This document shows, piece by piece, positions 1 to 9,609 of a DNA stretch of 64,000 nucleotides. This stretch comes from a virus (taxonomy: Duplodnaviria; Caudoviricetes): positions 10,261 to 74,260 of IMG/VR virus record IMGVR_UViG_3300044259_000056. One strand, written 5' to 3'. A program made the position numbers and the translations under genes. A model generated the notes under the pieces. It was not told the origin of the DNA and did not search any database. It was given only the letters and a program-made list of their open reading frames with translations. Each line of letters starts with the position of its first letter. Position 1 is the stretch's first letter.

Positions 1-558
1 AGGAAGTCACCAAGACTAGCAGATACAAGACTCTTAACTCAAACTTTAACACAAAATGAGATAGGTTCCATAGAAGGTAGACTTTATTTTTATCTTGTTG
101 ATATATCAATTCCTGCCAGCACCACAAGATGGTTGTCTTTTCAATGTCCATCAGATAAAGAATGTGCGATATTATCTATAAATGCTTCACCGTCTTATAC
201 AGGCTTTGAACTACAAATAGTAGAAGGTTCTAGTGGATTAGGTTCAGGAACACAGATATTGCCTAAATCTAGAAATAGGAACTATGGTGTCAATTCTACA
301 GCAAGTATTTCTTTATTAACTAATTCACCAACAACACCCGGAACAATTTATGATATTCCTGTGTTTATCCCATTATCAGGAACTAATCCTGCACAAAGAC
401 AAGCTACTGTAGGTAGTAGAGAAGAAGGTTATCTTGTTTATGGTAAAGGTAGTGGATATCAGTTGAAGATGATTAACACTTCTACAGAAATAAATAGAGT
501 CATCTTAAGAGTTAGTTGGTTAGAGGCCACAGATAATATATTAGATGATGTGTCATAG
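1..558 (+). CDS. Hypothetical protein, 5'-partial (probably virion-associated), directly upstream of terL
   Basis: Frame 1 is open from base 1 (RKSPRLADTRLLTQ...), so the track start at 133 is not the true start; the stop is followed by AGGAG and the terL ATG. Confidence 0.7.
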   Translation, partial: RKSPRLADTRLLTQTLTQNEIGSIEGRLYFYLVDISIPASTTRWLSFQCPSDKECAILSINASPSYTGFELQIVEGSSGLGSGTQILPKSRNRNYGVNSTASISLLTNSPTTPGTIYDIPVFIPLSGTNPAQRQATVGSREEGYLVYGKGSGYQLKMINTSTEINRVILRVSWLEATDNILDDVS

Positions 559-565
559 GAGTAAA

Positions 566-2348
566 ATGTCAGAAAGCATTATAATTGCCCCTCAACCGGG
601 GCCACAAGAACAATTTGTAAACCTAAGAGACAATATTCCATTAGTATTTTATGGGGGTGAAATAACCTGCTCGCCCCGTTGCACAGTAATGTGTAACTAG
701 TTCCTATCTAATTCGGTGAAGTCTTAACACATAACGGTGAAGATAATACCGAGCCAAGCAGCTAAACATCTTTTAAGATATTTAGTGGGCGTGTGTGGAG
801 GTCATTATGTAGTGGTCAAGTGACTGCGAAACGGTAGGCTCCTGTCAATCAGGATGAAGATATGACCCGACACTTCCAGAAATGGAAGAAAAGTTTAACG
901 AACTTTATAACAGAAAGGCAGCAGGCGGCGGAAAAAGTTACTCTATACTAATGGATGTTTTAAAATATGTAGATGATCCGTATTATTATGCAGTATTTTT
1001 TAGAAAGACAGTTAAACAAATAGAAAGGACGTTATGGCCTGAAGCAAAGGATATGTACGATCCATTTTTAAAAGAGCAATCTGGACCTAGAAAAGGTAAG
1101 TTTAAAGGAAAAGCCCAAATAAGGGAAAAAGATAAAGTTATTATCTTCCCGTCAGGAGCAAAGGTTGAGTTTGCCTACCTAGATACAGATAGAGATGCAA
1201 AAGAGAATTTTCAAGGTGCTCAAATAAACGCAGCATATTTTGATGAATTTGGACATTTCTCAGAGTTTGTGTTCAACTATATAAGAACTCGTATGAGGTC
1301 AAAACCAACAGCAAAATATTTACCTTATATTCGTTGTACATTAAACCCAGAACCAAACCATTTTGTTCTTAAATATTTAAGTAGATACATTGGAGAAGAT
1401 GGGCTTCCAATAAAAGAATACTCTGGTAGACCTGCATACTTCTTAAATGTTAAAGGTGAGATAATAACTGCGTGGAGTGAAGAAGAGTTATTAAAACTTC
1501 ACCCAGATAAAAAACCACGTATGTATACCTTTATTCCTTCTTCTTTGAGTGATAACAAAAAACTACTTGAAGTTAACCCTGAGTATGCAGATGATTTACT
1601 TGCAAATGACCCAGCAAATGCTGAATTACTTTTAAGGGGGAATTGGTTATATAAACCAGCAGCTAATGGTGTTTTTGAAAAATCAACTATAAAAGTTGTT
1701 GATAAAGTTCCTCTCGGAAGTAAGTATATTAGAGCATGGGATAAAGCATCCTCTAAACCTGTTAGTGAAGGTGGTGATAGCAAACAGAAAGACCCAGACT
1801 ATACAGCAAGTATCTTGTTTGCAAAAGATAAAGAAGGCTTTATTTATGTGATGGGGAATTATTATAGGGAACAAGACAATTCTCAAAGGTCTAGGTTTAG
1901 AGAAAGACCGGGAACAAGAGATACTTACATTGAACAGCAAGCATATCATGATGGGGATGATGTCACAATAATTCTACCATGTGACCCCGGACAGGCTGGT
2001 ATTGTAGAGCTACAGGAAAGTTCAAAGAAATTACAATCACTTGGTTTTACAGTTAAACCAGACCCATTGCCGGGTAACAAAAGTAAGAGAATAAGATTTG
2101 AACCTTTTTGCACAGCTTGTCATATTGGGAATGTCTTCTGGGTAAAATCTTCCTTTGATCCGAAAGTATGGGATTACTTAATAATGGAACTTGAAAACTT
2201 TGATGGTGATAAAAATAATGGATACCATGATGATTTTGTAGACTGTTTTTCAACAGCTTATGCATCTTGCTTAAAAGAGAAAGTACAAGAACCTGTTGCA
2301 TTCCATGCAATATCTGCACCTACATTAAAATACAAAGCAAGAATTTAA
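566..2348 (+). CDS. terL: Terminase large subunit, spliced; exons 566-658 and 918-2348 (~507 aa)
   Basis: Exon 1 MSESIIIAPQPGPQEQF...VFYGG joins AAGGGKS to rebuild the Walker A motif; Walker B YFDEF, TLNP motif and C-terminal nuclease motif HDDFVD present. Confidence 0.95.
659..917 (+). mobile_element. Group I intron (IA-type), ORF-less, 259 nt, inserted in the terL Walker A coding region
   Basis: Exon GGGGU pairs with IGS GCCCC giving a U-G pair at the splice site; CCUGCU pairs with exon 2 AGCAGG (P10); P3 CCUAUC/GGUAGG; P7 GGUCAU/AUGACC after GAAGAU; P9 CUUCCA-GAAA-UGGAAG; terminal G; removal restores the frame. Confidence 0.93.
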
Positions 2349-2355
2349 TGTCACT

Positions 2356-2384
2356 TTGACTTATTTCAACTTTAAGTGTAGAAT
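2356..2384 (+). promoter_or_regulatory. Sigma70-like promoter for the portal operon
   Basis: TTGACT-17 nt-TAGAAT. Confidence 0.7.
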
Positions 2385-2434
2385 AATCATAGGAACTTAA
2401 ATAAATTGTTCTTATAATTATAAAGTGAGGAAAT

Positions 2435-4970
2435 GTGACAGATGTTAAAACTAAGAGGACTTATAGAAAGAAATCTTCTTATTGGGAGGAGAGAAAATCT
2501 TCAGTAAGTCCTCAGTCTATAGAAAAAGCCAGTAACATGGATATGTCTACCTCAAGGTTAAGGTTGGGTGAAATTGGTTCTACTGCACTTTCAACAATTA
2601 AGTTGTACGCAGATTGGAGAAAACCTTATGATCTAAAATGGCCTGAGTGCATTAGAACCTATAATGAAATGGAGTATGATGACGATGTAGCAACAGCATT
2701 GGATGCAAGTTACACATTCGTAGAAAGGGCATTTGTTGAACCAGAAGTAGTTTATAATAAAGAATCAGAAGTCTCTATTGAGGCAGCAAGATTTTTAAAG
2801 TGGTGCCTTAATAACATGGACGACGGTATGACATTACGCTCTGCTGTTCGTTCAGCTATCACTTTTAAAAAGTATGGTTTTAGTGTCCTAGAGAAGTGTT
2901 ATACTCAAGTTACTTCTGGTGAATATGCTGGGATGTATAAGTTGCAGAAGTTAGCAACTAGGCCACAAGAAACACTGAATAAAGCAAACCCATATGTGTA
3001 TTCAGATGATGGCAGGACAGTTATTGGTATTATTCAGTCTATAAATGCAGTATCATCTACAAATGCAATAATCCCTGCATCTATTGTTGGTGATAGGTTT
3101 TTACCAAGGAAAAAATTACTTATTTTTGGTTATAACTCCACAGATTCAAATCCTTTCGGTGTTTCTCCTTTAGCTAGTATATATCAAGATTGGAAAGAAA
3201 AAGTTCTTATATCAGACTATGAAGTTGTTGGTGTTAGTAAGGACTTGGGTGGTAAACTAAGAGCTGCCTCCCTTTAATAAAACTTCCTTAACTGCTGGAA
3301 ACCCCTAAAGCTTGATTGTTCATTTCATCTATGTTACATTAAGAATGAAATAAAACAATCGAGATGCAACAATGGGCAATCAGCAGCGAAGTTCTGCTGA
3401 TCCTTGGATGAGGATCATATGAAGATAGAAATAGAAAGTAGTGGATATTATATAACAGATTCTGGAGAGGTTTATAGCAGACGTGGTAATAAACTATGTC
3501 CTGTTCTTAACCATAAAGGATATTTGACGGTTAAAATATTTTACGAAAAGGGTAAATATAAGACTAAGTTTGTTCATAGACTAGTTGCAGAAGCTTTTAT
3601 TGAAAATCCTAATAATTTGGAAACAGTCAACCATAAAAATGGTGTAAAAACAGATAATACTAAAGACAATTTAGAATGGATGAGTAGATTAGACAACACC
3701 AAACATGCAGCAAATGTATTACAGGCTCAAAAAGGTGACAAAGCAACTAATTTGACAATAAACTCTGATATAGCTAGGGAAATTTGTAAACTACTAGAGA
3801 AAGATATGCGTAATATTGATATATCTGTTCTATTAAATGTCCCCAAAAATATTGTTAGAGATATCAGAATAAGAAAAACTTGGACTCATTTATCCAAAGA
3901 ATATAAGTTTTCTATTTCAAAACATGCAAGAAATGTTAAAACTTCTAGCAGAAAATGTTCAACGACTATCGAAAGCATAGGTTAAATGAGAGATAAATAG
4001 ATTATCTTTTATTATAACTAAAGAAGCAAGTAGAGTACAGCCAAGTGGTAGGTTGCCATAGTGGAATGGCTATGGTTATAAAACCCTTTAAATGGAAACA
4101 GGAAGCATCTCTTTGAGATGAAGATATAGTCTGATCTGCATGGAAACATGCAGCAGCTTGAATAAAGCGGGGAGGGATTAACGAACCCTCCTGAACATTA
4201 TGATGCCTGTCCTTGGTGTTCCAAAAGATATCATAAATAAAGCAGCAGCAAATCCCGGTGGCGAAGAAGCTAAATCCTTGTATGTATTAGAACAAAATTT
4301 AGCTAATCTTCATGCAGGGGAACAAGCATATATTATGCTACCATCTGATCCATTTGATAATACACAAGTAAAAGAATATTCTATAGAATTTAAAGGAATT
4401 TCAGGTAGCGGTAAACAGTTTGATACTGGAAAACTTATAGAACGTAGAACTAAGGCTATTTATAATAGACTTGGTGCAGGATTCTTAATAACAGGGGATT
4501 CTGGGTCTGGTTCTTATGCATTAAGTGATAATAAACAAACTTTCCATAGTCATACTATTGAACGTGATATTGACATTACTCTAGAAGTCCTTAATAAAGA
4601 ACTAGTTCCACAGTTGCTAGCTTTGAATGGAATATATCTTGAGGATAAAGATATGCCAAAGATAAAAGCTGGAACTGTTGGTGATCCTGATGTAGAAGCT
4701 AATTCTAAGATGATTCAGCGTGTAGTTAGTGTTGGTGCTGTTCCAATGGTTCCAGAAGTTATTAATGAGTTTTTAGAAAAACTTGGATTAAGTTACAGGC
4801 TACCTGTTGATATTATCTCGGATGAGAAAGCTTATCAAGACTTTGTTAGTAAATATCTTCCTGCAAATGTCTCAAGGGCAGGCGATGGGATGAGTAAACC
4901 GGGGAATGGTACATCAAACTCTGTAGCGTCAACAGATAATTCATCTTTAAATTTGGATAATGCCTCTTGA
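2435..4970 (+). CDS. Portal protein, spliced; exons 2435-3253 and 4203-4970 (~528 aa)
   Basis: Position between terL and protease; the join gives VSKDLGG|MPVLGVP; portal-like motifs (NPFGVSPL, GSYALS). Confidence 0.9.
3280..3385 (+). repeat. 106-bp block, 101/106 identical to 15465-15570
   Basis: Direct comparison (portal intron 5' core vs tape-measure intron 2 5' core). Confidence 0.92.
3419..3985 (+). CDS. Intron-encoded HNH homing endonuclease (HNH_3 / I-HmuI-like)
   Basis: VHRLVAEAF..VNHKNGVKTDN..NLEW; SD GAGGA before ATG 3419; C-terminal HTH-like module. Confidence 0.9.
   Translation: MKIEIESSGYYITDSGEVYSRRGNKLCPVLNHKGYLTVKIFYEKGKYKTKFVHRLVAEAFIENPNNLETVNHKNGVKTDNTKDNLEWMSRLDNTKHAANVLQAQKGDKATNLTINSDIAREICKLLEKDMRNIDISVLLNVPKNIVRDIRIRKTWTHLSKEYKFSISKHARNVKTSSRKCSTTIESIG
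3958..4136 (+). repeat. 179-bp block identical to 15181-15359
   Basis: Direct base-by-base comparison (portal intron vs tape-measure intron 1). Confidence 0.95.
4121..4202 (+). repeat. 82-bp block identical to 16439-16520
   Basis: Direct comparison (portal intron 3' end vs tape-measure intron 2 3' end). Confidence 0.95.
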
Positions 4971-5127
4971 TAACTTTTGTTTTATTGTTTTTCATATTAA
5001 AATACTTTAATAAATGTTGTATTAAATAACTACAAATTTATGTTAACTGTTGACTTATATTAAATTTTATTTTAAAATAAGTAATAGGAACCCTGCTAAC
5101 ATAACAGCAGATTATATTGGAGGTCTT

Positions 5128-5583
5128 TTGTTTAACAAAGATAAACTCCTTTCTCTATTCAAAACCTTTCTTGATGAAAACATCTCTGACCAACCTACTG
5201 TTGAAATCATAAAACAATTTGATGAAGAAAAGATGGAGGCAGTTGAGGTATTATACTGCCCACCAGACCAAGCAGACCTTCATCAAGAGGCAATGACAGA
5301 AGATGAAATCGTTAAGATGGTTGATAATCTTAATGCAGCTATTAAGAAAGGTAGAGTTAAAGGAAATATTGCTCATGCTGTAAATACAGATAAGATTTAT
5401 CCTGTAGAAGCTTGGGTAAATAAAGTAGCTTGTGATATTGGTGGTAAAACCATTCCAGCAGGAATGCCACTAATTAAAATGAAGTTTACTGATAGACAGC
5501 TTTGGGAAGAAAGGAAATCAGGAAAATTAAAAGGTGTATCAATGGGTGCTCGTGGAGAAAGAGTTGAGGTAAAGAATGATTAA
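5128..5583 (+). CDS. Prohead maturation protease (XkdF-like)
   Basis: GGAGG then TTG at 5128; DLHQE, NIAH and GVSMGARG motifs; located after portal. Confidence 0.75.
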   Translation: MFNKDKLLSLFKTFLDENISDQPTVEIIKQFDEEKMEAVEVLYCPPDQADLHQEAMTEDEIVKMVDNLNAAIKKGRVKGNIAHAVNTDKIYPVEAWVNKVACDIGGKTIPAGMPLIKMKFTDRQLWEERKSGKLKGVSMGARGERVEVKND

Positions 5584-6868
5584 AAATTACCTTCAAAACG
5601 TATCCTTTGATTTTGAGGAAAATGAAGAGAGCCTTGGCCCACATATTGCATACACACTTGAATTTCAGGGTGGTGCAGCATCTGGATACAATGATCCAAT
5701 TCTCCTAAAATCAAAGAAAACTGTTATTACCAGTGAGGTGATAAAAGGTCTAAAAGAGGTAGGAATAGACACCTCTAGTTTGGAGAAATCAATGTTTCAG
5801 AGTGATCTGCGTGAACAACTACAAAGTGCTATCAGGGAAAAAGCATTTTGTGATGAATATGATTGGTGTTGGGTTTGTGATTTTAACGATGAAATAGTTG
5901 TATTCTGTAGTGATGATGGCTTATATAGTGTTGCTTATGTCATTGAGGATAATTCTGTTAAAGTTGATAATATAGCTAATCCTGTTGTCCGTTTAATTGA
6001 CTATGTTGCTGTTGATGGTGAAGTAAAAGTTAGTGAAGAAATGGAAGACAAGCTAGAACAACAAATGATGGATATGTTGAATAAAGCTAACTCCCAACCA
6101 GACCTAAAAAAATTCATTCTTAAAGCTGTCACTAAGAAAGAAGGGAATGAAAATCTTACTGCTGATAAATATGCATATACTCCAGACAAAGAAAAAGTTT
6201 CTACTTGGAAATTGCGTATTGATACTGCTGCAAACACCAGTGCTGCCGTTGCTGCATTAGGAAAAGGATTCCGTGGAAATAAAGTTAAAATCCCATCAGC
6301 AGATTTACCTGCTGTTAAAAAGAAAGTCTCTACAGCTTATAAGAAATTTTATCCAGACAAAGAATTGCCAGAGATATTGAAATCAAAAACAGAGGTTCCA
6401 GCCTCTGCAAGTAAACTAGAAAAAGGAGCCTCCGTGGATTTACAAGAACTAATGAAGAGTAATGAGTTTGCTGAACTCTTGAAAGCTGAAATTGCAAAAG
6501 CAACTGCAAACGAAGCCAAAGAAAAAGAAGAACTTCAAAAAGCTTTGAATACTGAAAAAGAACGTATTGCTGCACTGGAAGCTAAAGAAGTTGAGCGTGT
6601 TGAGAAATCACATCGTGACATTCTTAAATCTTTCTCATCTTTTATTGCCGAAGATAAAACTGAAGCACTTGTAAAAGCTTTCATGAAAGATGCAGAGACT
6701 GCTCTTGTGGTAATTGAAGTTTTAGAAAAAGCTAACTCTGTCGTTGAACAGGTTAAGAAAGAATTCGGTGCTGAGGTTGGAGTTAACGTTAAAGTTGAAG
6801 ACTCTGCTAGCCTACAAGAGAAAATCATTGCTAAAGCTAAAGCAATGAAAGAAGCCCAATCTAAATAA
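5576..6868 (+). CDS. Capsid scaffolding / head assembly protein
   Basis: Located between protease and capsid genes; acidic N-terminus and long Ala/Lys/Glu coiled-coil C-terminus. Confidence 0.7.
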   Translation: MIKNYLQNVSFDFEENEESLGPHIAYTLEFQGGAASGYNDPILLKSKKTVITSEVIKGLKEVGIDTSSLEKSMFQSDLREQLQSAIREKAFCDEYDWCWVCDFNDEIVVFCSDDGLYSVAYVIEDNSVKVDNIANPVVRLIDYVAVDGEVKVSEEMEDKLEQQMMDMLNKANSQPDLKKFILKAVTKKEGNENLTADKYAYTPDKEKVSTWKLRIDTAANTSAAVAALGKGFRGNKVKIPSADLPAVKKKVSTAYKKFYPDKELPEILKSKTEVPASASKLEKGASVDLQELMKSNEFAELLKAEIAKATANEAKEKEELQKALNTEKERIAALEAKEVERVEKSHRDILKSFSSFIAEDKTEALVKAFMKDAETALVVIEVLEKANSVVEQVKKEFGAEVGVNVKVEDSASLQEKIIAKAKAMKEAQSK

Positions 6869-6886
6869 TAAAAAGGGAAAATAAAA

Positions 6887-7267
6887 ATGGCAATTGCTAC
6901 ATACACTTCTTCTGATCGTTACACCGATCTTGTTCTGGGTCAGGTTGACGCAACTGACTTGGGTTATTCTTTTGAGACTGTAAACGTCACCAAAACAGCC
7001 ACCACTCGTATTGGTTCTTTGCTTGCAGGTGCTACTGAAATTGCAAACGCTGCTGCTGCAACGGCTAATGGTGTGATTGTATGGGTTGACAGTTATAATG
7101 GTCTGGATGATTTTGCAGTCGGCGCAACTGTTCCGTGTGTTGTTGCTAAACGTGCAGTGACTCTTAACCAGAATAAACTTGTATTTACCGATGGTGCAGT
7201 TAACGCAACTGCAATTACCGCTTTGAATGCTTTTGGCATCAAAGTTACTTCTAAAATTGTTAGCTAA
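6887..7267 (+). CDS. Head decoration protein
   Basis: 126 aa, Ala/Thr/Val-rich, immediately before the major capsid gene, highly-expressed codon style. Confidence 0.7.
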   Translation: MAIATYTSSDRYTDLVLGQVDATDLGYSFETVNVTKTATTRIGSLLAGATEIANAAAATANGVIVWVDSYNGLDDFAVGATVPCVVAKRAVTLNQNKLVFTDGAVNATAITALNAFGIKVTSKIVS

Positions 7268-7280
7268 TTGAGGGATTAAG

Positions 7281-8279
7281 ATGCCAGTTGCTTTTACTGA
7301 TAAACTATTGGACTTTACACCACTGTATGAGTTCATGACTACCCCTGTTCCTAAAACTGTCACTAATCTTGACATGTTTGAAAAGAACTATAATATGACT
7401 GATTTGGCCTCTGTTGGTCGTTTGTCACATGCAGTAGGTACTATTCCTGCACAAGCTCGTGGTGGCGAGCGTAATTTCATGATTTCTAATCCAGCTACCA
7501 TGAAAGCATGGCAGATTCCATTCTTCCCACTGGATAAAAATATCAAACCTACTGATGTTCAGAATTTCCTGAACATGATTAATGACCGAGATACCCCAGA
7601 AACTGCCCAAACTCTGGTGACTAAGTTTATGCAGCGTATGCGTAATGCTCATGCAACTACTAAGGAAAAGATTCGTACTTCTGCTATTAAGGGCACAAAC
7701 TTCCTAGGTGGCGGTGTAGGTGTTTCAGTCAACTATTATACTGAGTGGGGCTTGACTCAACAGACAGCTAACTTGGATTTTAGTTCTCCTACTGTAGACC
7801 CAGCAAGTGTTCTAGAAGCTAATGCTCGTGCATATATTATCGATAATAAAGGTGATGATTCTGACTTCACAGAAGTTGTGGCTCTTTGTGGACGTAAATA
7901 CTTCCAAGCACTGATCGATAACGCATATGTTCGCACTGCCTATTCTTATTATATGGATGGTGTTCAGCCTCTGCGTGATCGTGTTTCTGGTAATGTTGAT
8001 GCACGTTCTTTTGAATACAAAGGTATCCGTTATATAGAAGATATCTATGGTAATATTGAGACTAATAAAGCATATATCTTCCCTGTAGGTATTGATGGTA
8101 TGTTCCATGAGTTTTATGCTCCTGCTGATACTATTGCCGAAGCAAATACTGAAGCTAAGGAAGAATATTTCTGGCTTGACTTGGAACGTCGCACTGCATC
8201 TATTCAGTCTGAATTTGGGCTGTTGGCTGTGAACACACGTCCTGAGCTGGTTGTATCTTCTACTGGTACTAACCTGTAA
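7281..8279 (+). CDS. Major capsid protein (lambda gpE-like family)
   Basis: 332 aa; IPFFPLD, FEYKGIRYIE and AVNTRPELVV motifs; followed by a terminator. Confidence 0.88.
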   Translation: MPVAFTDKLLDFTPLYEFMTTPVPKTVTNLDMFEKNYNMTDLASVGRLSHAVGTIPAQARGGERNFMISNPATMKAWQIPFFPLDKNIKPTDVQNFLNMINDRDTPETAQTLVTKFMQRMRNAHATTKEKIRTSAIKGTNFLGGGVGVSVNYYTEWGLTQQTANLDFSSPTVDPASVLEANARAYIIDNKGDDSDFTEVVALCGRKYFQALIDNAYVRTAYSYYMDGVQPLRDRVSGNVDARSFEYKGIRYIEDIYGNIETNKAYIFPVGIDGMFHEFYAPADTIAEANTEAKEEYFWLDLERRTASIQSEFGLLAVNTRPELVVSSTGTNL

Positions 8280-8297
8280 GATTTAAGAGTAGATTAA

Positions 8298-8324
8298 GGG
8301 CTGGGCTTATTGCCCGGCCTTTTT
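8298..8324 (+). terminator. Rho-independent terminator after the capsid gene
   Basis: GGGCTGGGC-TTATT-GCCCGGCC followed by a T-run. Confidence 0.85.
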
Positions 8325-8343
8325 CATATGGAGAAAGCACACA

Positions 8344-8871
8344 ATGTCAGAAAGAAAATATTATCTTAGTTTTGCAGAATTGCTTATTGATATTGATAAA
8401 ATGAATGTAGGATTAGATCTAAAAAAGACATTTACTTTACCAAATTTCTTTTTAGCAACAAAAGATGGAAAGATTCATCAAGCACATGACCTAAATAGCT
8501 TTATCAATATTCTTACCTCTGTCCTAGGTGTTGATATAATCCCTTGGTCTGGTGTAGACGCTGTTCCTCTGAGTCTTGTTTATAATGATTATTCTTCTGA
8601 ATTTAAAATTGAAGAAATTGTAGAGCAAGAGGTTGAAGTTGTCAAGGACAAACCACTGACTGACAGTCTTCCACAAACAGAGACTATTGAAACTCAAGTT
8701 ATTGAGACTGATAAGGTAGAAAAGTCATTAGAGGATATGACAGCAAAAGAGATTATTAAGTTACTAACAGATGCAGGTGAAGTTATCCCTAAGATTATAA
8801 ATAAAACCCAATTAATAAAACTTGTAAAAACAAAATTTGGGGAAAAGTATGGCAACACAGCAACAGATTGA
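8344..8871 (+). CDS. Hypothetical head-module protein with C-terminal HeH/Rho-N-like motif
   Basis: LEDMTAKEIIKLL...NKTQLIKLV; SD GGAG. Confidence 0.6.
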   Translation: MSERKYYLSFAELLIDIDKMNVGLDLKKTFTLPNFFLATKDGKIHQAHDLNSFINILTSVLGVDIIPWSGVDAVPLSLVYNDYSSEFKIEEIVEQEVEVVKDKPLTDSLPQTETIETQVIETDKVEKSLEDMTAKEIIKLLTDAGEVIPKIINKTQLIKLVKTKFGEKYGNTATD

Positions 8872-9364
8872 TAAAGTCAGAGCTTATGCTTTCTATCCCA
8901 CACAACAGAAAGTTTCTGATGCAATAATTGAAGCTAACATTGAGAAATGGGAAGCTGTTATCTCTCCTGATGTAGTGAATAGAGAAGGTATTATCCTTTA
9001 TAATGCAACATTAGATACATTGAGATATCTTGTGTATACTGATCCTTCTGAGTCTGCTGGATATAGATTAAGAGAGAAAGTTAATAAGGTAGAAAGGGAA
9101 GTTGAAACTCAATCTAACTATGTTGGTAAATGGGAAAAAATCTTAGAAGATTATCTCAATGGCACACTCATTATCCCAGAATACTCTGTTTCTGGTAAAA
9201 AAGTATTTGTTGGGGGTGTCAGTGCAGAAGAGATTAACCGTGTAAATAATGATATAGATTCCGTAAATGGATTAGGTAGATATACAGGGATAAATTCAAG
9301 AGTTTCAAGTAATACAAGAGAACGTGTCTTCCGTAGAATGGCTAATAAATATGAATCTTTTTAG
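8849..9364 (+). CDS. Putative head-tail adaptor
   Basis: Synteny; ATG at 8849 overlaps the end of the previous gene. Confidence 0.55.
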   Translation: MATQQQIDKVRAYAFYPTQQKVSDAIIEANIEKWEAVISPDVVNREGIILYNATLDTLRYLVYTDPSESAGYRLREKVNKVEREVETQSNYVGKWEKILEDYLNGTLIIPEYSVSGKKVFVGGVSAEEINRVNNDIDSVNGLGRYTGINSRVSSNTRERVFRRMANKYESF

Positions 9365-9372
9365 AGGTAAAT

Positions 9373-9597
9373 ATGTTACAACCAATTGTTATTGCTAATC
9401 GTGTTATTGCAAAAGAATTTATTGATGAGAAAACAGGAAAAGCTTTCTCTTTTTACAAAGAAGATGAATACAAAGTTAAGGGTAATTTTGAATCAACAGC
9501 CACAAAACTACCTGAACTTGTTGCAGATTATAACAAACTTATTTCAGCGTTGGAAGAAGTAGGGATTATAATCCCTGATGTGAAGGAAGAAGATTAA
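9373..9597 (+). CDS. Small virion protein, head-fibre-like C-terminal motif
   Basis: LPELVADYNKLISALEEVGII; SD GAGG. Confidence 0.5.
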   Translation: MLQPIVIANRVIAKEFIDEKTGKAFSFYKEDEYKVKGNFESTATKLPELVADYNKLISALEEVGIIIPDVKEED

Positions 9598-9609
9598 TCT
9601 AGAGGTGCT

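Larger units (their letters stand above)
3254..4202 (+). mobile_element. Group I intron (IA2-like) in the portal gene, carrying an HNH ORF
   Basis: 5' splice site after GGU with IGS GCUGCCU; core AACUGCUGGAAAC...GCAAUCAGCAG; P7 AACGACUAUC / AAGAUAUAGUC; P9.0 and terminal AUUAUG; in-frame removal. Confidence 0.92.

Noticed and set aside
799-814. 16-bp match AGGTCATTATGTAGTG between the terL intron and the promoter spacer at 49340-49355
   Set aside because: About one such match is expected by chance in 64 kb of AT-rich DNA, and it does not extend
882-917. ORF-track start of terL at 882 (MEEKFNELYNRK)
   Set aside because: These codons are the intron P9 region read in frame; the N-terminal half of Walker A lies in the exon at 566-658
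1499-2319. Antisense ORFs in the track (e.g. 1499-1783, 1683-1949, 2053-2319, 6812-7375, 20078-20440, 47278-47640)
   Set aside because: Shadows of well-supported genes on the opposite strand, with no SD or recognisable motifs
2435-4970. Portal and tape-measure genes as pseudogenes disrupted by free-standing HNH insertions
   Set aside because: Complete group I cores, correct splice-site pairings and frame-restoring junctions indicate functional introns
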